Source: Dehalococcoidia bacterium (lineage in GTDB: Bacteria > Chloroflexota > Dehalococcoidia > Lucifugimonadales > QGNO01). From it: a stretch of 64,000 nucleotides of DNA. Of this stretch, positions 1-8,124 are shown one piece after another; within the stretch, counting starts at the first letter, position 1; each line of letters begins with the position of its first letter. The notes under the pieces were generated by a model that saw only the letters and a list, made by a program, of their open reading frames with translations, was not told the DNA's origin and made no database searches. Made by a program: the position numbers and the translations under genes. The DNA is taken from contig OZ253484.1 in NCBI GenBank assembly GCA_965261825.1, positions 65,184 to 129,183 on the forward strand. Reading direction: 5' to 3'.

Positions 1-73
1 GCAGGGGGGTGAGGGAGTGGACCTTATACAAAGACTATGATACTGTACCGTCCAAGCAACTTGAGGTGGACCA

Positions 74-1273
74 ATGGAACTGACCGCCATATCCCTTTTT
101 ACGGGTGCTATGGGACTGGACTTGGGTTTCGAGCAAGAGGGGTTCGAAATCAAAGTAGCTGTAGAGAAAGACAGGACGGCGGTCGAGACGATAAAGGCAA
201 ATAGGCCCAATATTCCGGTAATCCAACAAGACATAAAGAACGTGCCTACGGAGGAAATCTTGTTGGAGGCCGGGCTAAGTGTTGGTGAAGCTACAGTAGT
301 GATAGGGGCGCCACCGTGTGAACCGTTTTCTACGGCGGGTAGAAGAAACGGTTTTTCCGACGATAGATCAAACGCAGTCGACGAGTTTATAAGGGTGATC
401 AGCGAAGCAAGACCGCGCTTCTTTGTCATGGAAGAGGTGGCTGGGTTTGTGCACTCGTCAAAGAAACACATCTCCTTTTACGAACGGGTAAAGAAAAAAG
501 AAGAAGACCTAGAAGAGGAAGAAAAGCTGGGGTCTGCCTTCCAGGAGATAATGGAGCACTTTCAAGGCTTGGGGTATGCGTTGAGCTATAACCCGGACAG
601 CCCCAAGTCTTCTATATTAAACGCTGCCGACTATGGAGTGCACCAGAAGCGAAAGAGGTTCATTCTGATAGGTTCGCGTGATGGTGGATCTGTGGGCCTT
701 CCATCTCCTGGATACGTTTCACAAGAGTCTGCGGAGGTGAAGCAAGGCTCCAAGAAAGCTTGGCGTACGCTGGCTGATGCGATTGGGGATGGCTTTGAAG
801 ACCCTATACCTGAACACAGACAATTCTCAAGAGTGTGGGCGCATTTCTTGGAGTATGTACCTGCAGGTGGATGTTGGAGGAACTTGCCTCCGGAAATGCA
901 TAAAGAAGCATTGGGCGGTGCTTATGATGACCCAGACAACGTAGAGACCAAAGGTCTAAAGGGTGGGAGGACGGGTTTTCTTAGAAAGTTAGCCTGGGAT
1001 CGGCCTGCTCCTACGTTGGTAGACTCTCCCACTTCAAAGTCCACATGCCTGTGCCATCCAAATAAAATGCGCCCTTTAACTGTAGGAGAATATTTGGCCC
1101 TTCAGGGATTTCCACTCTATTGGAAAGTTGTGGGGAAAACGACAGCCAAGTACCGCCTTATAGGCCAAGCAACACCTGTTGCACTGGCTGGTGCTGTTGC
1201 TAAAGCCATACTTGTCCACGAGATAGCGAGATCCCGGGCCAAAGAACCGCGCAAACCTGTAGCAATGACCTAA
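74..1273 (+). CDS. DNA (cytosine-5)-methyltransferase
   Basis: 399-aa ORF with ordered m5C-MTase motifs: I FTGAMGLDLGF, IV PPCEPFS, VI MEEV (ENV-like), VIII QKRKRFILIG, X GQATPV. GAGGTG lies 6 nt upstream of the ATG. Confidence 0.9.
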   Translation: MELTAISLFTGAMGLDLGFEQEGFEIKVAVEKDRTAVETIKANRPNIPVIQQDIKNVPTEEILLEAGLSVGEATVVIGAPPCEPFSTAGRRNGFSDDRSNAVDEFIRVISEARPRFFVMEEVAGFVHSSKKHISFYERVKKKEEDLEEEEKLGSAFQEIMEHFQGLGYALSYNPDSPKSSILNAADYGVHQKRKRFILIGSRDGGSVGLPSPGYVSQESAEVKQGSKKAWRTLADAIGDGFEDPIPEHRQFSRVWAHFLEYVPAGGCWRNLPPEMHKEALGGAYDDPDNVETKGLKGGRTGFLRKLAWDRPAPTLVDSPTSKSTCLCHPNKMRPLTVGEYLALQGFPLYWKVVGKTTAKYRLIGQATPVALAGAVAKAILVHEIARSRAKEPRKPVAMT

Positions 1274-1395
1274 ATAACGTACCTCGTGCCAGAACCTTGC
1301 GGCAAAACCTTGACACCGACTCAAGATTTTGGTAGAATCCTCTTGGGCCTGGAGAAAGTGCATCCAGAGTACTAAGGTTAATCAGGAGGAGATAA

Positions 1396-2532
1396 ATGAC
1401 ACAGGTTCACGCACTTAAAATCACTCAGTCCGGGATCGGCCCAAAGGGAGAGACAGTCAACTTATATATAGGCGCGCTATCACTCGGTAAACTCAGGGAA
1501 CATGCAAAAGTCGACTATTGGAGTCCAGATAATGATCAGGGCTATCAACGTCCTCTAGTAGACAGGCGTCTTCGTGATGTCGCTAAGTACGTCCGCGAGG
1601 AGCAGGGAATATTACCGACATCTGTGCTCCTTGCCACACGGCCAGATGACTCTGTATCGATAGACTTCAAGCCGATGGATGCATCAGACGGAGTTGGGGA
1701 GTGGGGACTGCTTTCGATTCCAGACGGAACCATTCTGTGGGTTGTAGATGGTCAACACCGTCTCTACGGTATAAACCGAGCATACGAGAAGGATGACGCT
1801 GTACAGCTAGAATCCTACCCATTCCCCATCTCGATTATGGAGATGGTAGACCAGTACGATGAGATGAACCACTTCAATATCATTAATACCCGTCAAAGAA
1901 AAATGTCCACGGACATTGTTGACCGGCATTTGGTAATCCGACAGCAAAAGGAAGGTCTAAACCTTATTGCTTCCGGAGGGCAAAGCGAGAAGGAATATCA
2001 TATAGCCACCGCCACCAGAATCGTGGACATGCTAAACGATGCTCAGAGCCCTTGGTATCATCAGATTGCTATACCGGGTGTCCCAGGACGGGACAAAGGG
2101 CTTGTACGTCAACATGCGATGGTAGTTTCGATTGACCCAGTACTCAAGGACAATTGGGTAAGAGCGCAACAGCCTATGGAGGAGCACGTAGTCAAGATCC
2201 TCACGAACTACTGGAATGCCCTTGCAGAGGTATGGCCTGAAGCCTTTCAAGCACCAGGGGATCACAGAATACAGGCTACTGTTGGAATATACTCTCTCCA
2301 TTTGGTACTGCCTGCAATTATTCAGAGATGCATGGCTGAGCGCGACCTGTCTCAAGGAAAGATAAAAGACTTAATACAGAGTACCGGGATTCAGTCTTCA
2401 TTCTGGAATAAGAGTTTAGACAAGGGCGGAGACCCTCTTACATTAGGTACTGGAATGGCCTCCATTCGTGCTCTGGCTCATTACATAATTGGAGTACTCC
2501 CCAGTACTTCGTCGCAGCCAGTTAAGCTATAG
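1396..2532 (+). CDS. DGQHR-domain protein (DndB/DpdB-like, ParB/Srx-type fold)
   Basis: 378-aa ORF with literal VVDGQHRLYGI motif and downstream FNIINTRQRKM. AGGAGG RBS upstream of the ATG. Family call from motif memory only. Confidence 0.7.
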   Translation: MTQVHALKITQSGIGPKGETVNLYIGALSLGKLREHAKVDYWSPDNDQGYQRPLVDRRLRDVAKYVREEQGILPTSVLLATRPDDSVSIDFKPMDASDGVGEWGLLSIPDGTILWVVDGQHRLYGINRAYEKDDAVQLESYPFPISIMEMVDQYDEMNHFNIINTRQRKMSTDIVDRHLVIRQQKEGLNLIASGGQSEKEYHIATATRIVDMLNDAQSPWYHQIAIPGVPGRDKGLVRQHAMVVSIDPVLKDNWVRAQQPMEEHVVKILTNYWNALAEVWPEAFQAPGDHRIQATVGIYSLHLVLPAIIQRCMAERDLSQGKIKDLIQSTGIQSSFWNKSLDKGGDPLTLGTGMASIRALAHYIIGVLPSTSSQPVKL

Positions 2533-2534
2533 AA

Positions 2535-3431
2535 GTGGTTGAAGAGGTCATGGGCCACAAGAGGTTTGCCGTCCAGCAGGCTGTGCTCGGCTGGGCGACA
2601 AACCATCTCCGTGACTATCCCTGGCGCAAGAAGCTTGATAACCCGTATGCCATTATAGTGGCAGAGCTGTTGTTGAAGCGGACCACTGCTAAGGCTGCCT
2701 CAAGGATTTATGAGGAGTTTCTGGGTGAGTTTCCTTCTGTGGAGAAACTAGCTTCGGCTACAGAGAAGGAGATGGTTCAAGCCTTTTCTGGGGTGGGTCT
2801 GCAATGGCAACGAGCAAGGGCTACAAAAAAGCTGGCCGACTATTTGATGGAAGAAGAGGATGGACACATACCCTGCGATTTGGAACGCTTGCTAGCTGTA
2901 CCCGGTCTTGGCGAATACAGCGCTAGAGCTGTGCTGTCGTTTGGATGTGATAAGCCAGTAGCGGTAGTGGATGTCAATGTGGAAAGGGTCTACTCCAGGG
3001 TATTTCAAAAGACCTTGCCAGAGAAACCAACACGCAACTTTCTCCAGTCTTTTGCTGAACAGCTCCTTCCGGCAGACCAGCATAGAGAGTACAACTTTGG
3101 GCTTTTAGATTTAGGAGGTCTGATTTGCAGATACGTAGACCCGTTATGCGGTCAGTGTCCTCTTAACGACGTATGTGATTATTACAGTTTTCGTGGGCCT
3201 AAACGGATTAGGGAAAGACCAGCTGAGTACATCACTTCCGGACCAGGCTCAAAGATCCGTAAGTTACGCAGGGAAAAGGGGATAGGGTTGGTGAAGCTGG
3301 CCCAAACCTCGGGCGTTTCCAAGCTGACCATCATTAAGGCAGAGGCTGGGAGAACAAAGCCAACGCGCCGAACACTAGAGAAGCTAGCAGTCGTCCTTGG
3401 AGTGGATGTCGATACACTTCTCACCAGTTGA
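2535..3431 (+). CDS. HhH-GPD DNA glycosylase (Mig/MutY-like, 4Fe-4S) fused to a C-terminal XRE-type HTH
   Basis: HhH VPGLGEYSARAVL (no EndoIII-type Lys) followed by the Asp region VVDVNVERV. Cluster CX6CX2CX5C (CRYVDPLCGQCPLNDVC). C-terminal IRKLRREKGIGLVKLAQTSGVSKLTIIKAEAG looks like HTH_3. Start is GTG 2535 or ATG 2550, 2 nt after the DGQHR stop. Confidence 0.8.
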   Translation: MVEEVMGHKRFAVQQAVLGWATNHLRDYPWRKKLDNPYAIIVAELLLKRTTAKAASRIYEEFLGEFPSVEKLASATEKEMVQAFSGVGLQWQRARATKKLADYLMEEEDGHIPCDLERLLAVPGLGEYSARAVLSFGCDKPVAVVDVNVERVYSRVFQKTLPEKPTRNFLQSFAEQLLPADQHREYNFGLLDLGGLICRYVDPLCGQCPLNDVCDYYSFRGPKRIRERPAEYITSGPGSKIRKLRREKGIGLVKLAQTSGVSKLTIIKAEAGRTKPTRRTLEKLAVVLGVDVDTLLTS

Positions 3432-3786
3432 AGTGAAGCTCAATAAGGCCGCCGTGTCGTTCGGGGTCGTAGTCTAGGATTGAGTCATCGTCTTCGTCAT
3501 CGGTGGTGTTGTGCAAGACCAGATCGTCTTGCCAGTCGTCCCAGGGGAGTGACCTCAGCCAGTCGATGATCTCGGTTCGCGCCGGTGCGTCAAGCTGCTT
3601 TCTTACGGCGAACTCGTCGAGCATGCGGAGCACCTGGCGCTGGCTGAAGCCGCCCCAGTTGTTGCCCTCGCCGTGCATGTAGCCGTTGGCGCCGGCTTCA
3701 ATGGCTAGCTCCCAGGCGAACTCATAGGCATGGCCTGTAGGGCGTGGCAGGTATTGGATTTTGATGATGCCGACATCTAGTCCCAT
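3421..3786 (-). CDS. hypothetical acidic protein
   Basis: 121-aa ORF with no recognisable motif. Asp/Glu/Trp-rich C-terminus (DDWQDDLVLHNTTDDEDDDSILDYDPE). Convergent 11-nt overlap with the glycosylase gene. Confidence 0.4.
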   Translation of the reverse strand: MGLDVGIIKIQYLPRPTGHAYEFAWELAIEAGANGYMHGEGNNWGGFSQRQVLRMLDEFAVRKQLDAPARTEIIDWLRSLPWDDWQDDLVLHNTTDDEDDDSILDYDPERHGGLIELHFNW

Positions 3787-3934
3787 GGCGGCCTCCGGGT
3801 TGTAGTTTCCGGGATTGTATCGGACCTTTGGCGGCGTGAGAGGACCCTTTTGTCGGGTTGTGGAGGTGGTTTTGGTGGCTGCGCCCGCTCATTTCCTTCG
3901 ACAGGCTCAGGATGAGCGGAGAGGGATGCACGGC

Positions 3935-4494
3935 CTGGGATGCTTCGTCGGCGGGGGTGGATGAAGGCTGGGGTGTCTGACCGACTCCTCAGCATGACAG
4001 GGGGGGTGTCCTCACGTGGGCGATTGACCCCGCGTCGCCACCAGATTGCTTCGGGTTCCCTCGCAATGACGATGGGGGTGTGCGCGGGAATGGGAGCAAA
4101 AAGGAGTCGTGTCCAGGAACGGTTCACCCCCATCTCAATCTTCCCCCATCAAGGGGGAAGAGGTTATGCAGAGGTCTGTCTGCGCGGGAATGACGGTGGT
4201 GTGGGTGCGGTGGTCTGGGATGCTTCGTCGGCGGGGGTGGTTGAGGGCGAGGGGTGTGCAACCGACTCCTCAGCATGACAGGGGGGTGTCCTCACGTGGG
4301 CGATTGACCCCGCGCCGCCGCCAGATTGCTACGCTGCGCTCGCAATGACGATGGGGGGGGTGCGTGGAAATGGGAGCAAAAAGGAGTCGTGTCCAGGAAC
4401 GGTTCACCCCCATCTCAATCTTCCCCCGTCAAGGGGGAAGAGGTTATGCAGAGGTCTGTCTGCGCGGGAACGACGGTGGGTGTGGGTAGACGGG
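3935..4494. repeat. two tandem copies (period 280 bp) of a composite intergenic repeat
   Basis: CTGGGATGCTTCGTCGGCGGGGGTGG... restarts at 3935 and 4215. Both copies run through ...GCAGAGGTCTGTCTGCGCGGGAA(T/C)GACGGTGG with few substitutions. Confidence 0.85.
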
Positions 4495-4511
4495 CAAACG
4501 GGCAGACAGGG

Positions 4512-4856
4512 TTAGAGGGCGAGGACGAGGAGGACGGTGACGACGGAGAGGGCGAGTGCGCTGAGGTGGCTGACGGCGGATGCGAGGCTCTTGGATACGG
4601 GCAGCTTGAAGTCGGCGGGGAGGGTGGCGATGCGATGGGCGGCGTGGAAGAGGGTCGTGGAGAGCAGGACGATGAGGAGCAGCTTGGAGACGGGGTTGCC
4701 GAGGAGGGAGAGGATGTTGTCGTAGACGACGGCGTCGGGCAGCCATCCGAGGGGGCCAGCGACGTTGTTGGCGAAGATGAGGGCGGGCAGTGCGAAGGCG
4801 GCGATGGTGCCGCCGACGCTGAAGAGGGCCCACCACATAGGTTCCAGCTTTTGCAT
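4512..4856 (-). CDS. frdD: fumarate reductase membrane anchor subunit D
   Basis: Only the last 114 codons of the long 4512..5756 ORF look real: MQKLEPMWWALFSVGGTIAAF...LFHAAHRIA resembles E. coli FrdD (EPxFWxLFxxGG, HR). ATG at 4854-4856. Confidence 0.6.
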   Translation of the reverse strand: MQKLEPMWWALFSVGGTIAAFALPALIFANNVAGPLGWLPDAVVYDNILSLLGNPVSKLLLIVLLSTTLFHAAHRIATLPADFKLPVSKSLASAVSHLSALALSVVTVLLVLAL

Positions 4857-4870
4857 AGTTGTCCTCCCGG

Positions 4871-5269
4871 TTATAAGCCTCGGAAGGCGAGAATGATGAT
4901 GACGGAGACGACGGTCCAGGCGGCCAATCCGCCGGCGGCTATGGCGACCTGCGGGATACGTATGCCGAATACGAACTCCGGCATGGCCCTGGGCACAAGC
5001 ATCAGAACCCAGGTTGCGGAGTGGAGGAGCGCGCCCAGAAGGAAGAGGATGTGAAGGGCTATCCATAGGGGCGATTCCATGAGCTGTAGGAATGAGTCGT
5101 AGGAGGCCTGGCCGGAGCCAAGCCGGGCAATCTGCACCAAGTAGAGGATGACAAAGCCCACTATAAGGATGGCGGTAAGCTCCCTGACCATGAACAGGGT
5201 GTAGCGCCGGTTTCGCAGCCACCAGGTGCGGGTCATGGGTCGCTTGTACTGGCTGGCGGCGGTATTCAT
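4871..5269 (-). CDS. frdC: fumarate reductase membrane anchor subunit C
   Basis: MNTAASQYKRPMTRTWWLRNRRYTLFMVRELTA matches the E. coli FrdC N-terminus (YxRPMTxTWW...FMLRExTA). The ATG overlaps the frdB stop (ATGA at 5266-5269). Confidence 0.65.
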   Translation of the reverse strand: MNTAASQYKRPMTRTWWLRNRRYTLFMVRELTAILIVGFVILYLVQIARLGSGQASYDSFLQLMESPLWIALHILFLLGALLHSATWVLMLVPRAMPEFVFGIRIPQVAIAAGGLAAWTVVSVIIILAFRGL

Positions 5270-6012
5270 CGCGAGCTCCAGGGCATGAGGATGGACTTGG
5301 CCCAGCTCTGGGCGCTTTGCGGCTTGGCGCGCTGGATGGCCTCGGCGGGAAAGACTCCTTTGGGGCAGGCGACGGAGCATTCGCCGATGAAGGTGCAGTC
5401 CCAGACGCCTTCGGGCCGGGCAAGGATGGAGTAACGCTCGGCTGCGCCCTGGTCGCGGGAGTCCAGGTTGTAGCGCTGGGCCAGGGCGATGGCGGCGGGG
5501 CCGGTGAAGTGGGGCTCCAGGTTAAAGACGGGGCAGGCGGCGTAGCAGAGCATGCAGTTGATGCAGGCGGATTGGTGGGCATAGGGAGCCATCTGCCGGG
5601 GCGGCTGAAGGTACTCGCCTTCAGCCAGGGGCTTGGTGTCCTTGCGGATAAGCCAGGGCTTGACGGAGGGTAGCTTGTTCTGCATGAAGTCGTCGATGTC
5701 GACGACGAGGTCGCGGATGACGGGGAAGCCGTCGAGGGGGGCGACGGTGATCTCATCGCCGTAGCTAGCCAGGTTGTCCTCGCAGGTGAGCCGGGGACGG
5801 TCGTCGACGGTCATGCCGCAGCTGCCGCAGATGCCCATGCGGCAAGACCAGCGGAAGGCAAGGGTAGGGTCAAGGTCGTCGCGGATGTAGTTGAGGGCGT
5901 CCAGAACCATCATGCCGTCGCGGGCGGGGACCTGGTAGGAGTCCACATAGGCGGCGGCGCCCTGTTCGGGGTGGTATCGCTCTACGTTCACTGTGAGTTG
6001 CCGCTGTGCCAT
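5266..6012 (-). CDS. frdB: succinate dehydrogenase/fumarate reductase iron-sulfur subunit
   Basis: 2Fe-2S CRMGICGSCGMTVDD, 4Fe-4S CINCMLCYAACP and 3Fe-4S CTFIGECSVACPKGV motifs. Confidence 0.9.
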   Translation of the reverse strand: MAQRQLTVNVERYHPEQGAAAYVDSYQVPARDGMMVLDALNYIRDDLDPTLAFRWSCRMGICGSCGMTVDDRPRLTCEDNLASYGDEITVAPLDGFPVIRDLVVDIDDFMQNKLPSVKPWLIRKDTKPLAEGEYLQPPRQMAPYAHQSACINCMLCYAACPVFNLEPHFTGPAAIALAQRYNLDSRDQGAAERYSILARPEGVWDCTFIGECSVACPKGVFPAEAIQRAKPQSAQSWAKSILMPWSSR

Positions 6013-6051
6013 GGTGTGCTCCTGTGGTCCGTGAGAGTGGTTCGTTGAATC

Positions 6052-7770
6052 CTAGTACTTGCGCTCCTGCGGTTGCCAGTTGGTAATGGTAACAGGGATG
6101 TTCTCCAATTTGGGGCCGTCCGCGGTGTGACGGGCGAGCTGGTGGACAAGCCAGGCATCGTCGTTTCGATCAGGGAAGTCGCGGCGAACGTGAGCGCCGC
6201 GGGACTCCTGGCGGGCGTAGGCGGAGTGTACGATGGTCTGGGCGATGTCCAGCATGAAATCAAGCTCCAGTGCGCCGATAAGTTCCACGTTGTAGACGCC
6301 GGTGGTGTCATGGACGTCGAGGTTTTGAATCCGTTCACGCAGGTCGGCGATCTCAGACATGGATTGCTGCAAGCCCTCCTTGGTGCGGAAGACCTCCGCG
6401 CCTCGTTCCATGGAGTCCTGGAGCTGGCGACGGAGGGTGGCGACTTGCTCTGTGCCTCTCTTGCCGCTGAGGAAGTGATCGCGGATGCGTTTTTCGTCGT
6501 GCTCGGCGGCGGGGGAGAGGTCGGCGGCGGAGTGAGGGGTTTCGAGTGCGTAGCTGGCGGCGGCGGCTCCGGCCCTGGCGCCGAATACGAGACATTCGGT
6601 GAGGGAATTGGATCCGAGACGGTTTGCGCCGTTGATGGTGACGCAGGCGTTTTCGCCGGCGGAGTAGAGGCCTTCCATGGGAGTCAGCCCGTCGTTATCG
6701 GTGTGGACGCCTCCCATCATGTAATGGAGCACGGGTCGCACGGGTATGGGTTGGGTGACGGGGTCTATGCCGACGTAGGTGCGGGCAAGCTCCAGAATGA
6801 AGGGCAGGCGCTCGTTGAGATGCTTTTCACCAAGATGGCGGAGGTCCAGGTGCACGTAGCCGTCCTTGGGATCGCCGTAGCCCAGGCCCTGCTCCAGCTC
6901 AGTAATGATAGCGCGGGAGATAATGTCTCTGGGGCCCATCTCCATGCGGTTGGGGATGTACTTTTCCAAGAAGCGCTCGCCGCTGGCATTGATCAGGTAT
7001 CCGCCTTCACCGCGGGCGGCTTCGGTGATGAGGATGCCGGTGTCTGGGAGGCCAGTGGGGTGGAACTGTACGAACTCCATGTCCTTCAGCGGCGCACCGG
7101 CGCGGTAGGCCAGCGTCATTCCGTCGCCGGTGCAGATGGCGCCATTGGTGGTGAAGGCGAAGACTCGACCGCCGCCGCCGGCGGTGAGGATGACGGACTT
7201 GGCCGTGATGAGGTGGAACTTGCCTGTGCTGATTTCAAGGGCAACGACACCCCTGGCTTTGCCATCGTCGACGACTATGGAGGTAACGAACCATTCGTCG
7301 TGACGCTTGATGGAGGGGTACTTGAGGGAGGTTTGGAAAAGGGTGTGCAGCATGTGGAAGCCGGTCTTATCGGAGGCGAAGACGGTGCGCTTGACACTCA
7401 TGCCGCCGAAGGCGCGAACGGCGACGTGGCCGTCCGGGTCGCGGCTCCAGGGACAGCCCCAGTGCTCCATCTGGATGATCTCGGCGGGGGCTTCCTTAAC
7501 GAAGAGCTCTACGGCATCCTGGTCGGCAAGGTAGTCCGCGCCGCGGATGGTGTCGGTGGCGTGCAGTTCAAAGTTGTCGTAGTCACGAAGGACGGCGGCT
7601 GCGCCGCCTTCCGCGGAGACGGTGTGACTGCGGACGGGGTAGACTTTGGATACGATGGCGATGTCCAGGGGCTTACCGGCGGATTCGGCGGTGTGCACCG
7701 CTTCAATGGCGGCTCTGAGACCAGCTGCGCCACCGCCAATGATCAGGATGTCGTGCTGTAAGGTTTCCAT
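6052..7770 (-). CDS. frdA: succinate dehydrogenase/fumarate reductase flavoprotein subunit
   Basis: 572 aa. FAD fold DILIIGGGAAGLRAA, covalent-FAD His region RSHTVSAEGG, plus HPTG and RGEGG motifs. Confidence 0.95.
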   Translation of the reverse strand: METLQHDILIIGGGAAGLRAAIEAVHTAESAGKPLDIAIVSKVYPVRSHTVSAEGGAAAVLRDYDNFELHATDTIRGADYLADQDAVELFVKEAPAEIIQMEHWGCPWSRDPDGHVAVRAFGGMSVKRTVFASDKTGFHMLHTLFQTSLKYPSIKRHDEWFVTSIVVDDGKARGVVALEISTGKFHLITAKSVILTAGGGGRVFAFTTNGAICTGDGMTLAYRAGAPLKDMEFVQFHPTGLPDTGILITEAARGEGGYLINASGERFLEKYIPNRMEMGPRDIISRAIITELEQGLGYGDPKDGYVHLDLRHLGEKHLNERLPFILELARTYVGIDPVTQPIPVRPVLHYMMGGVHTDNDGLTPMEGLYSAGENACVTINGANRLGSNSLTECLVFGARAGAAAASYALETPHSAADLSPAAEHDEKRIRDHFLSGKRGTEQVATLRRQLQDSMERGAEVFRTKEGLQQSMSEIADLRERIQNLDVHDTTGVYNVELIGALELDFMLDIAQTIVHSAYARQESRGAHVRRDFPDRNDDAWLVHQLARHTADGPKLENIPVTITNWQPQERKY

Positions 7771-7868
7771 GTCTTAGAGGTAGGAAAGTAACCGATACGA
7801 GCGGCATTCTACAATAAAACGGGGATTCGTGCATTGGTTCACTAATGTCATTTGCCGCTCGCCCACCG

Positions 7869-7927
7869 CCCCTGGGTTCCTGCCTCCGCAGGAATGACGG
7901 GGCAGGCTGCACGGGAACGACGGTGTG
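7869..7927. repeat. REP-type hairpins (family B)
   Basis: CCCCTGGGTTCCTGCCTCCGCAGGAATGACGG followed by GCAGGCTGCACGGGAACGACGGTGTGG. Same architecture as about 12 other intergenic sites. Confidence 0.7.
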
Positions 7928-8124
7928 GACCGTGGCTACACGGGGACAGGCGGCGTACGCTGGATAGCGTACGGTGTCTGGTATAGAATATCAAATGGGA
8001 TATACCGCCAGGCGAGCGCCAAGTAAGTAGCTTGAGAGGCTTCAATGGCGATGAGTGTTCGGCGCGCGGCCAACGGCGGTGTGTGTGCCACGCGCCAGGG
8101 CAGTCTGCAAATGGTAGGAGCGTG

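Noticed and set aside
3935-4494. Possible CRISPR array, suggested by the regularly repeating sequence.
   Set aside because: The entire 280-bp unit repeats, so there are no unique spacers. There are only two copies and no cas genes, and the same sub-elements are dispersed singly at many intergenic sites. This is REP/BIME-like, not CRISPR.
4512-5756. 414-aa ORF spanning frdD, frdC and part of frdB.
   Set aside because: Only the last 114 codons (from ATG 4856) resemble FrdD. The upstream part is a Pro/Ser/Ala-rich out-of-frame read-through of frdC and frdB.
6073-7761. 562-aa ORF antisense to frdA, with many other long antisense or overlapping ORFs in GC-rich genes (e.g. 4326..5054, 10662..11228, 22262..23308, 54918..55460).
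   Set aside because: Their compositions are Gly/Ala/Val/Arg-rich and low in complexity, they have no motifs, and they fully overlap genes with strong family signatures. Long shadow ORFs like these are expected in high-GC DNA.
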